DNA of 59,632 bases, counting the filler. It is 8 parts of 8 records of this genome, joined end to end, with 100 filler letters (N's around TTAATTAATTAA, not from the genome) between each part and the next. Parts side by side here need not be neighbours in the genome. Positions count along the whole stretch, not along the records: positions 40,568 to 47,358 come from SRR31156797_74299; positions 47,459 to 53,103 come from SRR31156797_74334; 6 more parts are not named here. One strand, 5' to 3'. Under the pieces are notes generated by a model. That model was given only the letters and a program-made list of their open reading frames with translations. It ran no database searches and had not been told where the DNA came from. Below are positions 40,569 through 49,820 of this stretch, one piece after another. The first letter of the stretch is position 1. Each line of letters starts with the position of its first letter. A program made the position numbers and the translations under genes.

Positions 40569-41300
40569 GGCGCATTCTCAGGGGCGGTCAAGGAACGCAA
40601 AGGTCGATTTGAACTGGCCCATAAAGGTACCTTGTTCCTGGACGAGGTGGCGGAACTGCCGTTGAAAACCCAAGTAAAATTGTTACGGTTCCTCCAGGAG
40701 GGATCATTCGAAAAAGTAGGCGGAGAAAAAAAAATCAGCGTGGATGTCAGAATTATCTCAGCCACCAACAAAGATCTGGCAAAAGAGGTCCGGCAAGAGC
40801 GCTTCAGGGAAGACCTTTACTACCGGCTCAATGTCATTCCCATCCACCTGCCTCCCCTGCGGGAAAGAAAAAATGATATCCCACTTTTAGCCGAGCATTT
40901 TTTGCGGGAGGCGGAAAAAGAAAACAAAAAAACCGTACCGGAACTTGCCCCTGATACCATCAGGGAAATGATGGACTACCACTGGCCGGGTAATGTCAGG
41001 GAATTAAAAAATGTGATCCAATTTTCCGTGGTCCGGTCCCGGGGCAGCGTTATCCTGCCCACAGATCTTCCCTTTGCATCCAATAGGCAGCCCATGCAGC
41101 CTAATGTATCAAATGAACCCGCAACGCCTGCGGTACCGGTTACCCGGGGCAAGCTCAATCAGGAAAATGTCCAAGCCGCCCTGGTCAAAACCGGAGGCAA
41201 TAAATCCAAAGCCGCCCGTGTTCTAGGTGTGGGCAGGGCAACCTTGTACCGCTTTCTAAGTGACCATCCGGAGATCAAAGCCTTTTCAGGCACCTTCTAA
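40569..41300 (+). CDS. sigma54-dependent activator, 5' truncated
   Basis: GAFSGA (from 40569), [26 protein letters not shown], Fis [22 protein letters not shown]. Confidence 0.92.
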   Translation, partial: GAFSGAVKERKGRFELAHKGTLFLDEVAELPLKTQVKLLRFLQEGSFEKVGGEKKISVDVRIISATNKDLAKEVRQERFREDLYYRLNVIPIHLPPLRERKNDIPLLAEHFLREAEKENKKTVPELAPDTIREMMDYHWPGNVRELKNVIQFSVVRSRGSVILPTDLPFASNRQPMQPNVSNEPATPAVPVTRGKLNQENVQAALVKTGGNKSKAARVLGVGRATLYRFLSDHPEIKAFSGTF

Positions 41301-41358
41301 GCCGGTAGAAATTATAATGGGTAGCCATAACATGAGAGGTTGTGGATAATTAGCATTA

Positions 41359-42285
41359 ATGGAAAAAGATTGTAGGATAAAATATTTTAAAGCTGCCGAT
41401 ATCACTATTCAGGTTCAATCTGATTATCCGATTGGAAAGAATACATTCCATTCAAAATTTGAGCGATTCGAAGTTTTTGGAAAAGATAAAGATTCGATTA
41501 CGATATTTCATCATTTCAACCCAAATGGCGAAGATAATGTATGGCCTAGGCCTGAGGGGGCGGAGAACGTTTATCAAAAAGATCAGTGGCGGATATTCAA
41601 GAATGATAGTCACTGGTTTTACTGCTATGATTCAATTTTCCCTAATGATCCGGTAAAAAAAGTTGTTGGAATAATAAACAATGATTATTCTGAAATTCAT
41701 ATTTATCCTGATAATATGTCAAAAGAAGTATACGCTCAGGGTCGATTCCCTGCGTTGACTTTGTTTAATACCGACCAGATGGTCTTTGCGAAGTTGCTCA
41801 GTGACCGTAATGGACTGGTGATCCATTCAAATGGGTTCAATATCAATGGTAACGGCGTTCTCATTGCAGGCGTGTCCGGTGCCGGGAAAAGTACCCTTTC
41901 AGGAATGCTTAAAAAATCAGGCCATGAAATCCTTTGCGATGACCGGATGTTTGTTCGGTCTATTGATGGGGGATTTCATGTTTTCGGCAATTGGTGTTAT
42001 GGATCTCACCCGGATGTGTCACCTTCCCATGCCCCCTTGTCCGGGGTTATATTTTTAAAAAAGGGGGGGCAGAACCGTATCAAGGAAATTACGGATCACA
42101 AAGCCATTGTATCAAAACTGGTACCGGTGATTGTGAAGCCCATGCTGGATGTTGGCGGGTGGAAAAAATATTTGTCTACATTTGAACGGCTGAGGAAATC
42201 AGCCCGGTTTTATGAAATTGAATTTGATTTATCCGGCAAAGCGGGCGATATTATAAACGATTATTTTAAATATGAATCTTTATAG
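41359..42285 (+). CDS. HprK-related P-loop kinase (ScmC/PadeK-like RiPP tailoring kinase)
   Basis: IHSNG, Walker A GVSGAGKST, ILCDDRM. Confidence 0.8.
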   Translation: MEKDCRIKYFKAADITIQVQSDYPIGKNTFHSKFERFEVFGKDKDSITIFHHFNPNGEDNVWPRPEGAENVYQKDQWRIFKNDSHWFYCYDSIFPNDPVKKVVGIINNDYSEIHIYPDNMSKEVYAQGRFPALTLFNTDQMVFAKLLSDRNGLVIHSNGFNINGNGVLIAGVSGAGKSTLSGMLKKSGHEILCDDRMFVRSIDGGFHVFGNWCYGSHPDVSPSHAPLSGVIFLKKGGQNRIKEITDHKAIVSKLVPVIVKPMLDVGGWKKYLSTFERLRKSARFYEIEFDLSGKAGDIINDYFKYESL

Positions 42286-42293
42286 TTGGAAAA

Positions 42294-42368
42294 CTCACAC
42301 AAAGACACCAAGACACAAAGGGAAATAAAACCCAATAAAAACTTTGTGTCTTGGTGTCTTTGTGTGAG
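42294..42368. repeat. perfect 27-bp inverted repeat built from 8-mers (REP/MITE-like hairpin)
   Basis: CTCACACAAAGACACCAAGACACAAAG (42294-42320) and its exact reverse complement (42342-42368). Confidence 0.9.
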
Positions 42369-42424
42369 AATAAATTTAGAGTTGCTGATAACCTGGTACT
42401 GAATCAATCTATTATTAAGGATAT

Positions 42425-42733
42425 GTGATGCCATCGTCTGTCGGATTAAATTGTATATATAAAATTTCAGAAGACGTTATTTTTAAAGAAATTGAAGGGA
42501 CTTCTATCCTGATTCCAATAATATCAGGGGTAGGGGATTTGAATTCTGATATTTTCCAGTTGAATGAAACCGGTTCCAGAGTGTGGGAGATGCTTGACGG
42601 CAAAACACCGCTTGAAAAGATCATCCTTAATCTGATTGATGAGTACGATGCGCCGGCAAAAATCATTGAACAAGACGTGTTAAATCTCATTGGAAATTTG
42701 GTGGAAAAACAATTTGTTTATGAAGTTTCATGA
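42425..42733 (+). CDS. PqqD-family protein (RiPP recognition element, RRE)
   Basis: VIFKEIEG..ILIP...IFQLNETGSRVWEMLDGK..LEKII..L..EYD......QDV..L...L.EK. Confidence 0.9.
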   Translation: MMPSSVGLNCIYKISEDVIFKEIEGTSILIPIISGVGDLNSDIFQLNETGSRVWEMLDGKTPLEKIILNLIDEYDAPAKIIEQDVLNLIGNLVEKQFVYEVS

Positions 42734-43200
42734 AAAATGAACGGCTCATGATTTCGGGCACTGCCTTTGCTTTGGTTGTGCAGACCGTTCTTAAAAAAGG
42801 GGTGACGGCAAAGTTCAAGGTCACCGGATCAAGCATGATACCCACGATTAGAAGCAATGATGTGGTTTCAATTTCACCATACAAGGAGAATAATCCTGAA
42901 GTTGGTGAGGTCGTTGCTTTGTTGGACCGGGCAAATAGCAGGATTATAATCCACAGAATTATCAAAAAGCGGGAAAACATGTTTTTGCTTAAAGGGGATG
43001 GTTTGTGGCGTTATGATGGCCTTTTTCCAAGAGAGTGGATTGCAGGGTTTGTTTCAGGGCTTGAAAGAAACGGTACTCCAATTTCGATGGATCGGCTAAT
43101 AACCGATAGAATCATTCGGATGTCAAAGTTAAGACTTTTTTGGCCGGTCAAGATTTTGTTCAAGATAGAAAATAGGGCAGGTTGTTTTTTTTGGCATTAA
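42730..43200 (+). CDS. S24/S26-family (signal peptidase-like) peptidase
   Basis: VTGSSMIPTI (Ser nucleophile), IIHRII (His base), LKGD; ATGA overlap with the PqqD gene. Confidence 0.85.
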   Translation: MKNERLMISGTAFALVVQTVLKKGVTAKFKVTGSSMIPTIRSNDVVSISPYKENNPEVGEVVALLDRANSRIIIHRIIKKRENMFLLKGDGLWRYDGLFPREWIAGFVSGLERNGTPISMDRLITDRIIRMSKLRLFWPVKILFKIENRAGCFFWH

Positions 43201-43207
43201 TATTGCT
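43192..43207 (+). promoter_or_regulatory. sigma54 -24/-12 promoter for the precursor and PEP-CTERM gene
   Basis: TGGCATTAATATTGCT: GG(43193-94)-N10-GC(43205-06). Confidence 0.75.
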
Positions 43208-43267
43208 GTTATGTTTTTGGCAGTGAATAGTGAAAGATCAAAATATAATTAACTAAGGAGATGAGTA

Positions 43268-43429
43268 ATGAAAGATAAAAATGAGGGTAAGTTAAAAAAG
43301 ACTTGGGTCGCTCCTGAGATTACAATTATTGAGGGCTTAGATTCCAGCATGGAATTTCTCTACACTGGAGATAACGGTAACCCTGGTGGCGGAACTATTG
43401 ATGGCGGAGACGGTGGTTTCCGCGGATGA
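43268..43429 (+). CDS. putative RiPP precursor peptide, 53 aa (not in the ORF track)
   Basis: RBS AAGGAG (43255-43260), 7 nt before the ATG; MKDKNEGKLKKTWVAPEITIIEGLDSSMEFLYTGDNGNPGGGTIDGGDGGFRG*; KKxWxxPxI leader motif; triple TGA stop. Confidence 0.8.
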   Translation: MKDKNEGKLKKTWVAPEITIIEGLDSSMEFLYTGDNGNPGGGTIDGGDGGFRG

Positions 43430-43497
43430 TGATGACCGCCTGAAAACTGGAAAATGTAACACAATGTTACCTGACATCTTAACAAGGAGGTGAAATT

Positions 43498-44271
43498 ATG
43501 AGTTTGGGATTGAACAAGAGACATTATTTCGTTTCTATCTTTTTTTTGTTGTTGCTTGCTTTGCCACTAAGTGCCTCTGCTCTGACTATTGATTCTGATT
43601 ATTACGGGGTTGGCGGGATTGGAGTTTATTTTGACATAAATAGAGATGGAGATGTTGCTGATTCGGGTGAAAGTTTTCAAACCGGCTCCTCAATGTTTCA
43701 AGTTAATTACAATAATTATAACACATGGGGATTCTGCATAGATTTAAGTAATGCGGTAGGGTTTGGCGAAAATGATATTGACGGTACTATTGAGATCACA
43801 GGCAATTATTTATATGTAAACTGGCTTATCGACACTTATGGGGGGGATTTGTTTGCACAAGCCAATTCTGGAACGGATATCAACCTTGCTGCTGCCGCGC
43901 TTGGCCTGGCAATTTGGGAAGTCTTATATGATGACTATGGCTCGTGGGATTCTAATTATACTACGGCGCAAGGTACCGGTGTTTTTTCATACATGAGGGA
44001 TCAAGTTGGAAGTGCTAATAATGGATATTACAGCGATATTAATGACAAGTATGATGAGTATATTGATCAATTGAGCTCTGCAGTTAGTAACACGGCTTCA
44101 TGGGCTAATTGGGAAAGTGAAGGAGAGTATAGTGTTCTTAAACTATCTCAGGCTAATGGTGCTGACGATACTCAGGACATTATCGTCAAAGTAGTTCCAG
44201 AACCCTCAACAGCCCTGCTTTTAGGCTTCGGGCTTCTCGGGCTGTGTGGCGTAGGGAGAAAAAGAGTGTAG
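43498..44271 (+). CDS. PEP-CTERM surface protein with thioester-domain-like motifs
   Basis: RBS AAGGAGG; signal peptide; GFCIDL, LAIWE, TQDII; VPEPSTALLLGFGLLGLCGVGRKRV. Confidence 0.9.
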   Translation: MSLGLNKRHYFVSIFFLLLLALPLSASALTIDSDYYGVGGIGVYFDINRDGDVADSGESFQTGSSMFQVNYNNYNTWGFCIDLSNAVGFGENDIDGTIEITGNYLYVNWLIDTYGGDLFAQANSGTDINLAAAALGLAIWEVLYDDYGSWDSNYTTAQGTGVFSYMRDQVGSANNGYYSDINDKYDEYIDQLSSAVSNTASWANWESEGEYSVLKLSQANGADDTQDIIVKVVPEPSTALLLGFGLLGLCGVGRKRV

Positions 44272-44303
44272 CATTCTCAATTGATTATTTCGCTTTTGCA
44301 GAG

Positions 44304-44331
44304 ACAGAGAGATTAACCCTCTCTGTTTTTG
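44304..44331 (+). terminator. intrinsic terminator
   Basis: ACAGAGAG-ATTAACC-CTCTCTGT followed by TTTT. Confidence 0.65.
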
Positions 44332-44366
44332 TGGTTTGATTTCAATGTCTTAGGGTCCATGTCTTC

Positions 44367-46211
44367 ATGACGCCGTCGTCACTTAAAAGCAAGCTGAAAA
44401 ATGCCATAAGGATTGATCGTGCTTTAACGTTTGTCTGGCAGGCTTCAAAGGGAACCACGATTTTGATGGGATTGCTGGTTGCGATTCTTGGTGTTCTTCC
44501 CATCGCTTCCCTTTACCTGGTTAAAATGATTATAGACCAGGTTGCTGCATTGGTTTCATCGCCACCGCTGGGGTTTATGGATCCGGCATTTCTTTTTGTT
44601 GCCCAGCTCATTACAGCGGCGTGCAGCATTGGGCTGCTGGCTGCGTTGCTCGGTTTTGCTGCTGACTATATCAAAAAGTCACAAGCCCATACCGTTGCCG
44701 ATTATATGTATGCCGTTCTTCACAAGCAATCCTGCCGGGTGGACCTCGCATTTTTTGAATCACCAAAATACCGGGATACCTTATTCCGGGCCCAGCAGGA
44801 AGGACCGTACCGGCCGACAAATATCGTCAACGGGCTATTTGCCGCCGGGCAGGCCGGGGCATCGTTTATAGCTGTTGCCTGGTTGTTGGCGGTGTTTAAC
44901 CCTTTGCTGCCGCTGATCATTGTTGCAGCGGCAGTGCCCGGTATTCTTCTAAGGCTGAATTATTCAAAGAAAATTTATGAATGGCAGGAAAAGAGGACTG
45001 AGGATGAACGGCGTGCCTATTATTTCCATTGGATGCTGACCGGTGCTGCCCATGCCCAGGAGTTCAGGCTGTTTAACATTGGGCAGTATTTCATTGACAG
45101 ATTTAAAAAGATTCGCCAAATTTTGAGAAAGGAGAAGCTTTGGTTTGAACGCCGACGGGCCATGGGGGACTTTATCGCCCAGGCAAGCTCCCTGATCTGC
45201 GTGTTTGGAGCCTTTGCATATATCGCTTTAAAAGCTGCTAATAGCGAAATTACAATAGGTGATTTGGTCATGTATTTTCAGGCATTTCAGCGGGGACTTG
45301 GCTTTTTGAAAACGCTGTTGGAAACCGGCGCGGAAATGTATGAGGATAATCTATTTTTATCCCATTTTTATGAATTTTTAAACGTCGAACCCGATGTTCA
45401 ATCTCCATCAAATCCGGTGCAGGTACCTGAACATATAAAATCCGGTATAGAATTCAAAAGTGTGAACTTTTTTTATCAAAATAGTGAAAAAAAAGTATTG
45501 GATTGTGTAGACTTTTCCATAAAGTCTGGTGAAATAATTGCGTTGGTCGGAAAAAATGGTTCGGGAAAATCAACAATTGTAAAAATTTTAACCCGCCTTT
45601 ATGATCCCCAAAAAGGAGGGGTGTATTTGGATGGTGTTAATATAAAAAAGTTCGACCCAGACTTGTTCAGGGAAAAAATCAGTGTGGTGTTCCAGGATCA
45701 TATAAAATATTACCTGAAGGCCGGTGAAAATATTTCGTTGGGCGACATAAGGCGACATGCTGACGAAGGCAGTCTCCAGGCAGCCGCACAAGAAGCCGGC
45801 ATTCATAAAAAAATTCGCCGGCTGCCTGGTGGATATGATACACTCCTTGGTCGCTGGTTTGAAAACGGAGAAGAGTTGAGTATTGGGCAATGGCAGATGC
45901 TTGCGATTTCCAGGGCGTTTTTCAGGGATGCCCAAATTGTCATTCTTGACGAACCGTCCAGCGCACTTGATCCTGAAGCCGAAAAAAAATTGTTTGTTTC
46001 GTTACGGCGGTTAATGCAAAATCGTTCTGCCCTGATCATCAGCCATCGCTATTCAACCGTCCGGCAGGCGGACAGGATACTGGTCATGGACCAAGGAAGG
46101 ATAATTGAGCAGGGCAGCCATGACGACTTGATGGGGCTTGGCGGAGAATATGCCCGCCTTTACAATACGCAGGCAAAGGGATATACCACGATAAAAGAGG
46201 ACGCCAATTGA
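44367..46211 (+). CDS. ABC exporter (fused permease/ATPase, no C39 peptidase domain)
   Basis: Six-TM region; GKNGSGKST, signature variant LSIGQWQ, ILDEPSSALD, ISHR. Confidence 0.9.
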   Translation: MTPSSLKSKLKNAIRIDRALTFVWQASKGTTILMGLLVAILGVLPIASLYLVKMIIDQVAALVSSPPLGFMDPAFLFVAQLITAACSIGLLAALLGFAADYIKKSQAHTVADYMYAVLHKQSCRVDLAFFESPKYRDTLFRAQQEGPYRPTNIVNGLFAAGQAGASFIAVAWLLAVFNPLLPLIIVAAAVPGILLRLNYSKKIYEWQEKRTEDERRAYYFHWMLTGAAHAQEFRLFNIGQYFIDRFKKIRQILRKEKLWFERRRAMGDFIAQASSLICVFGAFAYIALKAANSEITIGDLVMYFQAFQRGLGFLKTLLETGAEMYEDNLFLSHFYEFLNVEPDVQSPSNPVQVPEHIKSGIEFKSVNFFYQNSEKKVLDCVDFSIKSGEIIALVGKNGSGKSTIVKILTRLYDPQKGGVYLDGVNIKKFDPDLFREKISVVFQDHIKYYLKAGENISLGDIRRHADEGSLQAAAQEAGIHKKIRRLPGGYDTLLGRWFENGEELSIGQWQMLAISRAFFRDAQIVILDEPSSALDPEAEKKLFVSLRRLMQNRSALIISHRYSTVRQADRILVMDQGRIIEQGSHDDLMGLGGEYARLYNTQAKGYTTIKEDAN

Positions 46212-46594
46212 AAAAAAGAAGCTGTAACAGATTTTATATTCCAGGGGTCACGCTTCACTATCGGGAATCGTCATTTTTTTTCCTAAAAAGAAAATTTACA
46301 CAAGACTATTTTCCTGTGATCAATTTGAGTAAGGGCGGGGCAAAATTTTTATCCCACAAGCGACTGACGCCCGGAAAGGATCTTTTAATCAGGCTGAATA
46401 TTCCCGGCCGGGAAAATTCATGTGAGATCATGGCTGATGTCCGGTGGATATCAAGGAATCCGGAACAAAGTTATAAGTACCAGACCGGAATATCATTCAA
46501 ATCCTTTGGGAACGGAAAGAAAAAAAATTCTAAAAAAATTCTGGATTTTCTTACAAACCTTGAAAATTCAGGTGAAAATATCGATGCGACATAA
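46208..46594 (+). CDS. PilZ-domain protein
   Basis: RSCNR (RxxxR) and NLSKGG ([DN]xSxxG), VRW...GISF. Confidence 0.8.
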   Translation: MKKRSCNRFYIPGVTLHYRESSFFFLKRKFTQDYFPVINLSKGGAKFLSHKRLTPGKDLLIRLNIPGRENSCEIMADVRWISRNPEQSYKYQTGISFKSFGNGKKKNSKKILDFLTNLENSGENIDAT

Positions 46595-46607
46595 TTAATT
46601 CGAATTC

Positions 46608-46623
46608 AGGTACTTTTATTGCA
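46608..46623 (+). promoter_or_regulatory. sigma54-like promoter
   Basis: AGGTACTTTTATTGCA: GG(46609-10)-N10-GC(46621-22). Confidence 0.6.
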
Positions 46624-46703
46624 TTCTTTTTATTGTTATTGCGTTACTGCATAACAGCGAATAAACATAATTTATATTTATACGTTAAATATAAGGAGGT
46701 AGA

Positions 46704-47291
46704 ATGAAATACTTTGTGTCAATCCTGACTGCTGCTTTTTTGACAGCAGTATGCTGCACCCTAGGTACAGCACAGCCCACAGATGGGGACGACCTGTCTT
46801 GGTATCAGGCCTTTACAGAAGATCTTGAAAAAATCGGCAATCCTCAGAAAACCGATGGGCTTGGGTATACATTGACTGAAGAAGAGGCACTGGACCAGGC
46901 CATTGACAAGGCAATCAGTGACGGAGGATCTGCCTGCATGGTTGTAAAAATATCAGCCGGGATGAATTTTAATCCCTATTCTGTGCTTTCCAGCATTTTT
47001 AAATCCGGTGGGAAAGTTGAACTGGACCAGTTGTGTATGTGTGCAACTGAAACCGGTGACACTAATCCATTGTTAAGCGATCTTGATCTTGAGGATATTC
47101 CCATTAATAAAACTGTAATGAAACAGGCGGCCGATGATGCTGTTGCCGCCAATCTGCTCACCCAGGGCGAAGTTTCCCAGGCCCAGTGCCTGATGACCGA
47201 ACAGAACGATCAGGGTCTGGCATTTACCGATGAGATCACTCAAATTGAACGGAGTGATCCTGCGGGGGTGGCCACCGCTTATTCGGAATAG
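46704..47291 (+). CDS. secreted acidic Cys-containing hypothetical protein
   Basis: RBS AAGGAGG, signal peptide, several Cys residues (AC, CMC, QC). Confidence 0.75.
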   Translation: MKYFVSILTAAFLTAVCCTLGTAQPTDGDDLSWYQAFTEDLEKIGNPQKTDGLGYTLTEEEALDQAIDKAISDGGSACMVVKISAGMNFNPYSVLSSIFKSGGKVELDQLCMCATETGDTNPLLSDLDLEDIPINKTVMKQAADDAVAANLLTQGEVSQAQCLMTEQNDQGLAFTDEITQIERSDPAGVATAYSE

Positions 47292-47358
47292 AAGTTTTGT
47301 TTACTCAATGACCGAGTGTTTAACGTTGGGGGATCGAAGCGAAATCTCATGTGATTGC

Positions 47359-47458
47359 NNNNNNNNNNNNNNNNNNNNNNNNNNNNNNNNNNNNNNNNNN
47401 NNTTAATTAATTAANNNNNNNNNNNNNNNNNNNNNNNNNNNNNNNNNNNNNNNNNNNN
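47359..47458. other. artificial contig spacer
   Basis: N44-TTAATTAATTAA-N44. Confidence 0.98.
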
Positions 47459-49794
47459 ATTTTGAACCCTGGGACTGGATTATCTCGGTATCGTCGTACA
47501 AGTCGGAATTTTCTCAGCTTGTCTCTGTTGAAGATTTTAAGGACAACGTGCTGGCAATGGATTTATTGGGGACGGGCTACGCTTTTGTTTGCGACAGCCA
47601 GGCCAACATCATCATTCATCCTAAATTAACCGGCAACATGATGGATTATGCAATAAGCGAAACTAAAGACCAGATTCAGAAAATGATTGCACAGAAAAAA
47701 GGGATGGTGCGCTACCTTTGGAAAAACCCTGAAGATCAGGTCGTCAAAGAAAAATTGATGGTGTTTGATTATATACCGGAGTTTGATTGGATTATTGCTT
47801 CTTCAACGTATACGGAAAAAGCCTTTGCACAGCTTTTGGAAATACGCCGACTATTTTTTGTTATCCTGGCTTCGTCCATTGCCGTCATTGCGCTTGTTTC
47901 TCTGGCAGTCAGCACCTCCATTACCCGGCCGTTAACCAGTCTGATCGACCATTTAAACGTCAATATGGGCCAGGATTGGCAGTTACAGACGCTGGACAGC
48001 CGGCGCAAAGATGAAATCGGCGATCTTGAATCCAGTTTCAACGAATTTGTCGGGCGGCTGGAAACGTATAAAAACAATTTGATCAAAGAAAATACCATCC
48101 GCAAAGAGACTGAGATCCGGCTTCAACTATTTGAAAAAGTATTTGAAAATGCCAATGAGGGGATCACCATAACCGATTCCGACGGAGGTATCCAGGCCGT
48201 AAATCAGGCATTTACCGACATTACCGGCTACAGCGCCCAGGAAGCCATCGGACAAAATCCCCGGATTTTAAAATCGGACCGGCATGATGACGCCTTTTAT
48301 AAATCCATGTGGCAGTCCCTGACTGTAAAAGGCCAATGGTCTGGGGAGATCTGGAATCGTAAAAAGTCCGGACAGGCATACCCGGAATTTTTAAGTATCA
48401 GTGCCATTCGGAATAAACATGGAGAGACGAAAAACTACATGGCTGTGTTTCATGATATTTCCGAAATGAAAACCAAAGAAAAGCAGATCGAATATATGGC
48501 ATACCATGATCCGCTCACCGGTCTTCCCAACCGGACACTGTTTAAAGACCGGCTTGAACATGCCATAGTAAGAGCCCGGCGTGATGCAAAGATACTTCAG
48601 TTGATCTTTATTGATCTTGATAATTTTAAAAACGTCAATGATACGGCAGGGCATGCCCAAGGAGATGAGCTGTTAAAAGAGGCTGCACAAAGGTTGGACA
48701 ACGTCACCCGGGCCAGTGATACCGTGGCCCGGCTCGGCGGGGATGAATTCGTCATCATGGTCACGGACGCGGAGAATATGATGGAAATTATCCACATGGT
48801 CAGACGTATTCAGGATTCATTTTCAGCGCCCTTTAATATTGACGGCAAATTCTTTCACATCACCTGCAGTATCGGTATTTCCGTTTTCCCCGAAGATGGC
48901 GATGATGCGGAGACTCTGGTGCGTCATGCCGACCTTGCCATGTATTATTCTAAAGAAAAAGGAAGGAATCAATATTATCTGTTTGAGCAGAAAATGGCCA
49001 AAAAAATCTATCAGCGAATTGAGATGGAAATGAACATGCGCACGGCCATTGAAAATGATGAATTTCAAGTCTATTTCCAACCCCAGATTAATATCATAAC
49101 ATTACAGCCGGTGGGACTTGAAGCCTTGGTTCGCTGGATAAAACCGGATGGGACCGTTGTTTCCCCCGGCCGGTTTATTCCCCTGGCAGAAGAATCGGGT
49201 CTGATCATTCCCATTGGCAAACAGATTTTTGAAAAGTCGGTTGAACAGGCCTGCCGGATTAGAGAAAAAAGTCAACTGGATCTGATGCTGTCCGTTAACG
49301 TTTCTGCACGCCAGATGGATGACCCCTCATTTGAAAAAATGGCCGCAGGCATAATAGAAAAGACCTCATACCCGACAAACCGTTTGAAAATAGAGATCAC
49401 TGAGTCCTTGTTGATGCGTGATATCAACACCACCATGACCCGGCTTAAAAATTTGTCTCAAATAGGTATCTCAACGGCCATTGATGATTTTGGTACGGGG
49501 TATTCTTCCCTTGCCTATCTTAAACAGATGCCCATCACCACTTTGAAAATCGACAAATCCTTTATCGACGATATTGTTGATGATGACAATGCCCTTACCC
49601 TGGTTGAAACCATTGTACTGATGGCCAACAAACTGAACATGGGTATTGTGGCCGAAGGCGTAGAAGATGAAAACCAGTTGGAAATTTTAAATCAGCTGGG
49701 AGATATGGATATTCAGGGGTATGTGTTTGCCCGGCCTATGCCCCTGCACGAACTTGAGCCCTGGTTGTCGGAACATAGGCTAACACATGGCTGA
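47459..49794 (+). CDS. Cache-HAMP-PAS-GGDEF-EAL c-di-GMP protein, 5' truncated
   Basis: Cache, TM, HAMP (DEIGDL), PAS, ARLGGDEF, EALVRW, DDFGTGYSS. Confidence 0.92.
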
Positions 49795-49820
49795 TCCAGC
49801 TTGAACCCGGATACTGTCTC

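Noticed and set aside
43427-43435. Triple TGA as selenocysteine codons
   Set aside because: No obvious SECIS hairpin or meaningful reading frame beyond it; tandem stops are the simpler reading.
41359-46211. Calling the cluster a lasso peptide locus
   Set aside because: No asparagine-synthetase-like cyclase or transglutaminase-like B2 protease on the contig, and the core does not fit the lasso ring rule.
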